Of a stretch of 64,000 nucleotides of DNA, positions 53,641 through 64,000 are shown in pieces. Within the stretch, counting starts at the first letter, position 1. Each line of letters opens with the position of its first letter. The notes beneath the pieces were generated by a model that had not been told where the DNA came from, searched no databases, and worked only from the letters and a program-made list of their open reading frames with translations. The position numbers were made by a program, and so were the translations under genes. The DNA is taken from assembly GCA_964016885.1 (NCBI GenBank), contig OZ024741.1:49538001-49602000 (forward strand). Reading direction: 5' to 3'. Source of the DNA: Eledone cirrhosa (taxonomy: Eukaryota).

Positions 53641-54394
53641 TTAATGAAGCATTGGTAATTTGTGATATATCATGACAGCAAGCAAGTTAGATTAAACTGT
53701 GGTTCAGTTTAGTTGTTGTGATGTCAAAAACCAGGGCCAAGAAGATAATTATGTTTAACCTCACACTGTGAAAGTTCATTTATATATATATATATAGAGA
53801 GAGAGATATATATATATATATAATGTGTGTGTGTAGATATGTGTATATCATGTATTCTTAAGCTTATATTTGAGTATATACACTGTAATTTTGAGGTGCT
53901 TTTGTGTATATGAATATATGTCCACATATCGGCAAACATACAGACACAAAATACTTATGATTTTTCAGTAAGGATGAATTTCTCTCAAAGCACTTTCTGC
54001 CTGGTTAGATTGCTGCCCAATATTCCATCAACAAAGCAGTAATAGGTGGTTTATAAATATGAAATCTACACATGTTGTTAATACTAAGAGTATATAGCAC
54101 TGGAGTAAGAATTGGATAAAATACACAAATATCTAATTACTAGCATGGCCATCATCATCATTATAACATTTTATTTCAAAGGTGATATAGAACAGATAGT
54201 AAAGTGCGCATGTATACACATGCTCACACTCACTCACACACAAATATATATATATATCATTATAACATAAGGGTCACTTGGTAACCACTTTGTGGCTAAC
54301 TTTGACATGAAAATGGTAATTTGATATCTTCCTCCCAATCTAGTTTTTTCTCTTTCACAGTGTTGACAAGCAGGTCAGGGGTCAACTGCTGCTA

Positions 54395-54545
54395 TCTGCC
54401 TATCTATCTTTCTATTTATCTGTCTGTCTATCTATCTTTCTATTTATCTATCTGTCTGCCTATCCTTCTATTTATCTTACTTTCTACATAACTGTCTGTC
54501 TACCTACCAACCTACCTACCCACTTCTCTGTCTGTCTGTCTGCCT
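54395..54545. repeat. (TCTA/TCTG)n tetranucleotide repeat
   Basis: Directly visible. Confidence 0.85.
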
Positions 54546-54914
54546 GGCCCTTCAATTTGTGTCAAAAGACATCACAACTTTTCCTCTGCACTTGATATGA
54601 CCGATATGACTGTATATAAGGGGGAGGATACAAAACCCCTCCCCCTCAGCCTGTCTGGGAGGTCAGTAGCCACACTTCAGTACTGACTTGGTCTATGTAG
54701 ACCTGTCCAACCTTTGTTATCAGGGAAAGTGAATGTTAAATGATGATGATGATGATGATTCTATTCCAATCAGACTTCATAAAGTGAATAATTTGTCTAT
54801 ATTTCATTTCTGCTACAGTCACTCACCTACTAGATATTTACCTACTGAGGCATGAAAGATAGTAAAACTTTACCAGTTTTGTAAAGAAACTATTCTTGTT
54901 GAAAGCTTTATGAA

Positions 54915-55315
54915 ATACATGCTGTAAAGTAGTTGGTAATAGGAAGGGCATCCAGCCATAGAAAGCTTGTCAAACAAAGCCTTGGGCGGACCCTTCAGTC
55001 ATGTCAAGGACATGACAGCCACCCTGTGTTGGTGATTTACATAAGCGCCTCCATGCTGTAAAGTGGTTGATGATAGGAAGGACATCCAGCCATAGAAAGC
55101 TTGCCAAACTAATGGTTGGGAGGATCCTTGGTTGTGTTAAAAACATGATAACCTCTCCTGTGCACTCGGTAGAACATGAGACCATACATAAATGAGACAA
55201 CAGATCCTTGGTTTGCCTGTGAGATCAGTAGCCACCACTTCAGAACTGGCTTGATCTATGTAAACCTGTCCAACCCTTGCTAGCAGGGAAAGCAGATGTT
55301 AAAATGATGATGATG
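54915..55315 (+). mobile_element. RTE-type 3' tail (third family) with duplicated module
   Basis: Two TAAAGT.GTTG.T.ATAGGAAGG.CATCCAGCCATAGAAA units; ends AAAATGATGATGATG. Confidence 0.7.
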
Positions 55316-55399
55316 GGAATAAATGTAAGCTATGAAAAAGTCAGAGAAAATATACTGACAATTAGAAAAAATGATGAATTTATTCTTAATGAATTAGAA

Positions 55400-55505
55400 A
55401 TAATTGTTTCTACTTTAGGCACAAGGCCAGCAATTACCCAGTGCATTACTGGTACTTTATTTTATCGACCCCGTAAGGATGAAAGGCAAAGTCAACCTCG
55501 GCTGG
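55400..55505 (-). mobile_element. Nin-type SINE 3' half
   Basis: Reverse complement of the 51400-51515 core. Confidence 0.85.
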
Positions 55506-55822
55506 ATTAGAAATAATGATTAGAATAGATAGATGACATCTTTATGAAGGAAAATTATTTGGATGAGTAAGATCCAGCAAAAATGCAGATAGAAGTCAGT
55601 ACTGAAGTGGTGACTACTGATCTTCCAGACAAGCCAGGGAGAGATGACAGATCCCTGGCTTGTTTGGAAGATCAGTAGCTACCACTTCAGTACTGAATTG
55701 GTCTATGTAGATATGTCCAACCCATGCTAGCAGGGAAAGCGGACATTAAAATGATGATTGAATGAATGTATGCACCACTCCTAGCCTAATACCGAGGTAG
55801 CTATTATATGATTCCAGCTTAA

Positions 55823-56040
55823 CCCTTTAGCATTTAAACTAGCTGTATCCAGCCAGAATTCCCTCACTTCTTTCTGTTCAAACTGGCTGTAACCAGTCAC
55901 TCATACTGATGTTAAGGTATTGTTCTCAAAATAAATATCAAAATCTGAGAGATTCGATATTATGTGAGGTAATTGTGTGAGGTAAAGCCTTTACCATGAA
56001 AATACAATAGTAAATATAGAGTAATGTAAATAGTAAAGGG
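55823..56040. mobile_element. piggyBac-type MITE, 218 bp, TTAA TSD
   Basis: TTAA-CCCTTTAGCATTTA ... TAAATAGTAAAGGG-TTAA. Confidence 0.87.
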
Positions 56041-56096
56041 TTAAAATACTTAGAGTAAAACTAAATGTATGTTTATTATATGTAAACATATTGTTT

Positions 56097-56432
56097 GGAG
56101 GCACATGGCTTAGTGGTTAGAGCATTGGCCTTGCAATCGAAAGGTTGTGAGTTCAATTCTCAGACCGGGTGATGTGTTGTTTCCTTGAGCAAGACACTTT
56201 ATTTCACATTGCTCCAGTTTACTAAGCTGTAGAAATGAGATGATAGGGACTGGGGTCCATATCATTCCACTGCAAAGTGGTTGAGGAGGTGCCACGGCAA
56301 AAAAGCGCCCAGCGCTCACTGTAAATGAGGTTGGTGTTAGGAAGGGCATCCAGCTGTAGAAATCATGCCAGAATCAGTTTCCGTCCCACCCTTGCAAGTA
56401 GGGAAAAAGTGGACGTAAAATGAAATGAATGA
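56097..56432 (+). mobile_element. tRNA-derived SINE with RTE-derived 3' tail
   Basis: A box TGGCTTAGTGG, B box GAGTTCAATTC, CCTTGAGCAAGACACT core; tail nearly identical to the subfamily B 3' UTR; short TSD ATTGTTT. Confidence 0.88.
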
Positions 56433-57499
56433 AAATTGTTTATAGGTCTGTTCCTATGCATCCTTTATTCTGATTCATGCTGTCTTAGTGCTATCACTAA
56501 TTAACACTAGCCAATCAAGCTTGCACTATATGTAAATAAGCTTTTAACAAGAATAGTTTAACAATACCTATAAGACTTTACTGTTTTCCATATCTTGGTG
56601 TCTGGATATTGGTATGTCAGTGTTGACGATGAATAACAACGCTGAAATACACGTACATTCCACTTAAAGCCTGATACTGGATGTGATATGATCACAGCTT
56701 AGAATACAGTGAGACAAGAAAAATGTCTATATATCTAAACATATTGTGTATGGGTTCATATATGGTTAAGTACAATAAATAACATACATAAGGATAGATA
56801 ATATCTGTGGGATGCATTGCTTTCTAGGTTATATGAAACATTTGTAAATAATCCAATGTTCCTTCTGCTTACAACAGTAGACTTTCTCATCAAGATCTGA
56901 TTACAACTTGTTAGACTGAATCATAGAGGGCAAAAGGCTATTGCCAGACACACAAAAATACAGCATTGGGCTTTAGATAAATAAATACAAAAAAACAACA
57001 ACATATTAACCCTTCAGCAAGTAGACAAGATTTCATTTCTATTCAGTTCCCCTTCCTTCACCATTTTTATCTTTTTCTCTTTTTTCTCTCTTGTTTATTA
57101 TTTAATTTTCTTTAATACTGTTTTGTGTACCATAAATATGTAAATAAATGCTAGTTAATTTAACCAACTGTTTTCAAGAATGCAGAACAAGTATTTGGAA
57201 CTCTCCTATACTGTGTGGCTATAGTTGAAGTTTAGTTACACCTGTGATGGCAACTAACATAGTCAATCATATTTTACATATAATTTTCTTCAATGAAATA
57301 TAAACACTGTTGACAGGTGGAAAATGAGATTTCAATTCCAGTTATATTGCTCTGGCATTTCAAGACTTTTTTAATTAGTATATGCAGTTTTGTTTTGTAT
57401 ATGTTGTTTGAAATTTTAAAAGTAGTTTAAAACTTGATTGAATTAATTAATCACCTGTCAGCATATAGTAATATATGCTACAGGACTGATGAGTCCCAC

Positions 57500-57935
57500 T
57501 TTTGTATTACTGATTCATCAAGTCGTTGTTGTTGGTCCCTCCTCATTTCTGAGTATATTTCCCCTCTTTTCAATTTTCTCATCTATGAAGGTGCCTCTGG
57601 CAAAGATTTTTACCAAAAAAAAAACACACACACACAGGTTGCAACTGATGATTAGTGGAGGTCTTGTTAGAAGATGGTGAATTTTTAATATTGCAGCCTT
57701 TTATCCTCTTTAGTTCTCCAACAATTTTCCTCAAATTATTCTTCACTGATATAGATAAGATGACTCAATACTGTTGTCTTCTTCTATGTGTTGTTGCCAA
57801 GTCTAAGAGTTGATGTTGGGGCTCTTCCTCCTCTCTTTCAGTTAATCTTTGTAGCATTGAATGAGGTGGTTGTGTGATCACTTGCTGAGTTGGCTGTAGA
57901 GGATTTGATGTGGCAGATGTAACTGGACCATCTGT
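57500..57935 (-). mobile_element. Decayed RTE (BovB-like) C-terminal remnant
   Basis: Minus strand LPHQILYSQLSK resembles LPKQILYSEL..G.R. Confidence 0.5.
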
Positions 57936-58689
57936 AGACACTAATTAATATATTTGTAAACATCATCACCATCATCATTTTACATCTGATTTCCATGCTG
58001 GCATAGGTTGGATGGCTTGTCATGGTCTAAGGGTCCAAGTTTGTACATTCAGAGTTGCTGCTGCCTTAGACAAGACAGTAACTCAGGTCTGGCTTGTACA
58101 TTACAATTTTGGCACTGAGTACACTGTAATCATTTTATCATGACACCAATACATAAGATATTATGCCATCATCAGGACTAAATGATTCTCCTCCTCTTTC
58201 ATCTTCTCTCTTTAATTGCTAACCACTTTACAGAGTGTATAGAGTGCTTTTTATTATGGCACCTACACTAGTGGAATTGTCTTGAATCTAACACATCTAA
58301 AGAGTACTCACTACTCAACATTGTTTCCATTCATTCAAGGCAACATAACCAAGAAGGGGAATAGTAAGTAATAACAGAAGGGTTAGGTGAGTAGATGAAG
58401 GGAGTAACAATATTATAGGAGTGACTTAGTGCTTGGGGTGTTGGTGTGACTTGGGGTGGAATTAATGGGAACATGGAAGGTGAAGATTAGCAATGCCTTC
58501 ATCACTTCCACCATTTTAACAATAGTTTCACCATACTTGCATGGCGTGGGGTTCTTCAGTAGTGCGTGTTGCCAATTATTCTAAATCCTTTGCCATCTCC
58601 ATTTATAAGGCATTCAGCGATCAGTCTTCATCACTTAATCCCATATCTTCCTGGGTCTCCCTTTTCCACAAATTCCATCCCTTGTGGGT

Positions 58690-59360
58690 GCCTTACACTC
58701 CGTTACACAGCCACCATTCTCCAAATGCATCACATTCTCATATTAATGCAATCTTCTCTCTTGCACACTATATCTGATTCCTCTTATATCCAGATTTTCT
58801 CTCAGTTCATTTGTGTTTCATCATTCATGTGTACTTATATTACACATCCACTTAATTTGTTTGTTTCTAGTCTTCAAAAACTTGCATTCAAGTTTCATGT
58901 CTCACTACCATACAACATCATAGTTCATACACAAGCATTATATAAACTACTCTTCATTGTGAGAGAAAAAATACTTTGTTACCAGCAGAGGTATCAACTC
59001 ATTGAATTTCCTCTAACCAGTTCTTACTCTAGCTACACTGTCTTTGGAACGCCCATTTCCACTGCTAATTAGGTCACCTAAGTAACAGAAGCTATCAACT
59101 ACTTATAGGTAGCCATTTGAGAGAACCTATTTCATGTGTGTCCTGAGCAATATTTGTTCCTATGCATCTGTTTACATACAAAATTACTTTCACGATTAGT
59201 CTGCCTATGATACCACCACAATATTTGTGCATCCATAATTTACACTGGGTACATCATGTGAAATTCTTACTCTTTTTTTTGTATATTGTGTGCAGACACT
59301 TTCCTGATGATATCAGTGTTTTTCCTGCTAAATCTTTAGTTTTTGCTTCTATGTGTGAAA
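58690..59360 (-). mobile_element. Decayed RTE RT C-terminal fragment
   Basis: Reverse remnants of [15 protein letters not shown] and the finger region. Confidence 0.7.
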
Positions 59361-59412
59361 TTTCTTCACTATATATGTATGTATATATGTATGTATATCA
59401 TCATCATCATCA

Positions 59413-59755
59413 TGGAAGCACATGGCTTAGTGGTTAGAGCATTGGCCTTGCAATCAAAAGGTTGTGAGTTCAATTCTCAGACCGGGCGATGTGTTGTTTC
59501 CTTGAGCAAGACACTTTATTTCGCATTGTTCCAGTTTACTCAGCTGTAGAAATGAGATGATAGGGACTGGGGTCCCTGTCATTCCACTGCAAAGTGGTCG
59601 TGCAGGTGCCACGGCAAAAAAGCACCCAGCACTCACTGTAAATGAGGTTGGTGTTAGGAAGGGCATCCAGCTGTAGAAATCAAGCCAGAAGCAGTTCCCG
59701 TCCCACCCTTGCAAGCAGGGAAAAGCGGACGTAAAATGAAATGATGATGATGATG
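59413..59755 (+). mobile_element. tRNA-derived SINE with RTE-derived 3' tail
   Basis: Second copy of 56097-56432; ends in (GAT)n. Confidence 0.88.
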
Positions 59756-59879
59756 AACAGATTCAGCTATAAAAATCATTTCATCAGTATGCAGGAGTTC
59801 CCACAAGGATCTGGTATTAAAGTATTTTATGACCTAAAGGACTACGATAAACAGAAGGAGCTGAGGACTAAGCACAAAT

Positions 59880-61500
59880 GGACCCTATTCCTCTGTACAT
59901 AGTTTGCCCAGCTCTCACAAGCCACCTGGTTTCTTTTGCATTCACCAGATTACAGAACATAAAACCTTGTCAAAGGTCTTCACTGAGACAATGAATGCTA
60001 GGAACAAAGACTTTCTCTTAGCTCAGCACTTACACTGCAGTTTTACCCACTATGAAGTATTTGTAGTATCTGTTCCTGACTACATTTCATCTTGGCTAAT
60101 TCTGTTCAGTGGTGCAATAATTCTTCTAGTATAAGCATAAAGTAGAACTTTTTTGTATTTATGGTCAGTTAAAAACTTCTGTTTCTTCCATCTTATGTTT
60201 CTTTTTATGAATCTGTCAACTCTTACTCTAAAGTTGCTAGTCACTAATCTATGTTGGAGGGTACATTTTTCATGAGGGAATGACTTAGCATTTGCAATCA
60301 TCTATCTCTACCATTTCCTGATGAGCATAAAGTCTATCTGGCTTGTGTGTTTGCTGGATTAATAGATAAACAGGTGTTTGGCCGATTTCCTGAAGTTGTG
60401 TTACAAATGGATTGGTCATTTTCTTCATAAAACTTCAGAATCTCAGTCCCTCCTCATTTCTTGTACTGTACCTGTAGCCCCCATGAACACAAGGGAAGCC
60501 ATCTTCAGTAAGGTTACTAGCCATTACAGTGAGCTTGCCATCATTCATGTTTAATGTGATCTGCAGAACGGTTTAAAAAATGCAGACTTTTTTGTCTATC
60601 GCTAGTCTAAGCTTAATTATTCTATTGCATACTCTGACTTACCTCAGAAACCTATAAATTTGTCTACCAACAATATGCTACTCAATCCACCTAGTCATTA
60701 TTATTCACCTAAAAGAATTTTTATCAGTGTTCCTCCTGGGGAGCCTGGCTGAGCTTCCCATACCTCTATACAACACACATCAGATCACTTCTGCTCCATC
60801 ATATCTACAATTTTACCTAACCTACTTTTATATATATTTATATATATATATATACACACACACTTCATTTCCTTGTTTGCATCATTGACCCTAAAACTCT
60901 CAACTTCAATAGCTGGTCCTTTCTTTGAGTAGGTTGGGGATAGTTTCTTTTCCTTCCCATTCATTCTCTACATTCTTCAATCTCTCATAGTAACATTTCC
61001 AGGCTTCTTTCTTTGGAGCATCACTGGTGCTAAGAGCACCACTGTCATTTCTAAAACCTTACCCCAACAACATCCCAAATCACACTAATACACTACCTTG
61101 CAATACGGAACACTTCACATCTCAGATCCTCATGTCTCAACACATTGGCAAATTTGCTTTCTTCAGCCTCTCTCTGAGCTGTGTATACCTGTAATCTAGT
61201 TTCTCTCTAAGCTACTTAGTACTGGTGTCTGTTTCCCCATTTTTCCAATCTTTCCATACCTGTCTCTTGGCTTTAATGGCTATATCCACTGCCCTGTTCC
61301 ACCACCAAGTGACCCTCTGTGTGGCTGGTGCTTTACACCAGCTGCAAGTCTCATGAGTAGTTCGCGAAAGGTTGCCCCATAGGAGTTTCCAGTTGTCCTC
61401 TACATTATATGTATCTAGGTTCTTCAGTTTTCAAACCTTCCATCATGTCTTGTTCACCTTGTGTTTATTTTGATGTCACTAATAACTAACTTGTATTCGG
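59880..61500 (-). mobile_element. Decayed, rearranged RTE fragments (APE, pre-RT, RT start)
   Basis: Reverse remnants of QIDFMLIR, TWWWN, DQRCEVFRIA and KTFDKV. Confidence 0.7.
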
Positions 61501-61538
61501 CAGTGAATATATCTATATTAATATATATATATATGTAT

Positions 61539-62785
61539 GCAAAGTATGGGTGCATAAAAGATGTAGTGGGATCACAGGTAAGCTAACTAAGAACATAGAT
61601 TTTACATGTGGCCGGTGCTCTGGTGCAATAAGTAGCAGCAAGTGCCCACAAAATACTAGCTCCTTCAACTGCGCAGAGGGTTCTATAGAAATAGTGGACA
61701 GCTTCCGTTATCTGGGTGACAAAATCAGCAGTGGGGGAGGGTGCTCTGAAAGTACAGTAGCTAGAGTCAGAACTGGATGGAAAAAGTTCAGAGAGCTTAT
61801 ACCACTATTAGCCGCTAGAGGGTTCTCCCTAAAAATGAAAGGCAGGTTATACGATGCCTGCATACGAACAGCAATGCTGCATGGCAGTGAGACCTGGGCA
61901 TTGTGTGCAGAGGATATACGCAGACTAGAGAGGAACGAAGCTTGCATGCTCCGCTGGATGTGCAATAGTAATATACGTGAACGGCAAAGCATAAACGAAC
62001 TAAGGAAAAAATTAGAAATAAGAGGGATCAGATGTTGTTTACTCGAGAGAAGGCTACGTTGGTAGGGTCACGTGATGCGCATGAAAGACGACAGCTGTAT
62101 AACAAAGTGCAGGGCAATAAAGATAGACGGTAGCCACGGAGTAGGCAGACCCAGAAAAACATGGGACGAGCTGATAAATTCCGACCTCACACGCTTACAC
62201 CTCTCCAAGACAATGTCACTGGACCGAGACCTTTGGCGGTACTCAGTAATAGAGAAGACCCGCCTTACCTAAATACAAAGTAAAAACCTACTACAGTCAG
62301 TAGGCACCTCTATCAAAACACACCCCCGTCCCACCACCTCCACCCCACCCACACCGCCCCTTTCAATGTAAAGTTATGTTGGTCCCACAACATCCAGGCC
62401 GAAACAAATGAGATCGTGTAGGTGTCACGACAAAAAACACACAGTCCACGCTGTAAATGTGGCCGTGTAGGCAACACGGTAAAAACCTCCCAGCCCCACA
62501 CTGTAAATGTGGTTGGTGTTAGGAAGGGCATCCAGCTGTAGAAAACCCGCCAGACAGTCCACGCTGTAATGTGGCCGTGTAGGCAACACGGTAAAAACCT
62601 CCCAGCCCCACACTGTAAATGTGGTTGGTGTTAGGAAGGGCATCCAACTGTAGAAAACCCGCCAGACAGTCCTATGCGAGCAAGACAACCACTCTTGCCT
62701 CAAGTGGGAAAACCCCCGTCCAAACCCATGCAAGCGTGGAACACGGACGCTAAACCTGATGATGATGATGATGATGATGATGATG
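61539..62785 (+). mobile_element. RTE subfamily A, 5'-truncated, in-frame stop at about 62063, tandem 3' UTR duplication
   Basis: Near-identical to 748-1838; (GAT)n tail. Confidence 0.95.
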
Positions 62786-62843
62786 TATATATGTTAGGAT
62801 GAAGTTTTGTTTACATGTATTTAGATATAGATTTTGTATCATC

Positions 62844-62931
62844 CTGTTACGTGCGTTTCACAGATTGGTTCAGGGTAACCCATAGATGTAGTTATTGACC
62901 CGAGTCCATTATCAATCTGCTCTTCAGACAA
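62844..62931 (-). ncRNA. Hammerhead ribozyme with long stem II
   Basis: Minus strand TTGT-CTGAAGA-GCAGATTG...CAATCTGT-GAAA-CGCACG-TA-ACAG. Confidence 0.78.
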
Positions 62932-62948
62932 TCGATCTCGCAAATCAA

Positions 62949-63012
<64 letters not shown>

Positions 63013-63189
63013 AGGTATGTATCATCATCATCGTTTAACGTCCATCTTCCATGCTAGCATGGGTTACACTGTATATATATATAGGCATGTATGTATATAT
63101 ATATAGGTATGTATGTATATATATATAGGTATGTATGTATGTATATATATATAGGTATGTATGTATGTATATATATATATAGGTATGTC

Positions 63190-64000
63190 GTCATCATCAT
63201 CAACATCATCACCGTTTTACGTCCATTCTTCCACGCTAGCATGGGTTAGACGGGTTGTCCTGTTGTGTGCAGTGTCTGGTCGGCTGACCATGCCTTGCTC
63301 ATACAGGAACTGATTTGGCTTGATTTCTACAGCTGGATGCCCAATTAACACCAACCTCATTTACAGTGAGTGCTGGGTGCTTTTTCTTGGCACCTACACG
63401 TCCACTTTACAGTGTGGGCTGGGTGCTTTTTTGCCGTGGCACCTCCACAACCACCTTGCAATGGGGGGTGTGGGGGCATATTGTTTATATGCTTCAGCAT
63501 GTACCCATGGGAGGTCGGGTACTCTGTATTACTGCATGACGCCAGAGGTCACAGTCGTGTGTTATCGCCTTTGAGAGGTATAATTGGGTAAGGTCAGCTT
63601 TTATCACCTCATCCCAGGTCATCTTGGGTCTCCCACTCCGTGGTTTCCATCGACTTCTAGTGCTCAGCACCTTTTTATGCAGCTGTCATCCTTCATACGC
63701 ATCACATGTCCATACCAGCGCAACTGCCTCTCCTGCACACAGCATTTGATTCCTCTTATGCTCAGTCTCTCTCTCAATTCATTTATGCTTTGTCGTTCGC
63801 GTACATTACTATTACACATCCATCGGAGCATGCAGGCTTTGTTTCTCTCTAATATACGTAAGTCTTCCACCTTCAGCACCCAGGTCTCACTACCATGCAA
63901 CATCACTGTTCGGATACACGCATCATACAGTCTGCCTTTCATTTTGAGGGAGAAGCCTTTTGCAGCTAGCAGTGGCAGTAGTTCCCTAAACTTTTTCCAT
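63190..64000 (-). mobile_element. RTE subfamily B, runs off the window end
   Basis: Reverse complement of the subfamily B 3' UTR and RT C-terminus ([18 protein letters not shown]). Confidence 0.95.

Noticed and set aside
56097-56170. tRNA gene
   Set aside because: tRNA-like head continues into a SINE core and LINE tail; no proper acceptor stem or terminator
56618-56660. TTGACGA...GAAA-TACACG-TA HHR-like pattern
   Set aside because: U3 is not compensated at G8 and there is no clear stem II; too degenerate to call
57484-57497. CTGATGAGTCC hammerhead-like start
   Set aside because: No matching stem II partner or GAAA downstream

Overview
Repeat-dense, AT-rich eukaryotic (animal) DNA. The repeat families suggest a cephalopod mollusc such as Octopus; this is inference. 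The window is mostly retroelement fragments in very long (TA)n/(TATG)n microsatellites. It holds two young RTE-clade LINE subfamilies whose RT carries an inserted PHD-like C4HC3 finger, plus older RTE, CR1 and CRE fragments. There are at least three Penelope-like element (PLE) coding fragments, tRNA-derived SINEs and piggyBac/hAT/mariner-type MITEs. One probable host exon (PKD-domain, polycystin-1-like) suggests the window is largely intron. The most notable hidden signal is about ten minimal type-I hammerhead ribozyme (HHR) motifs from several distinct sequence families. They sit in PLE pseudo-LTRs or in short ORF-less modules embedded in TA arrays, often in fold-back arrangement, and one has a U3-A8 covariant core. 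The long I/Y/H/C/M-rich ORFs are microsatellite artefacts. Boundaries of decayed elements are approximate.
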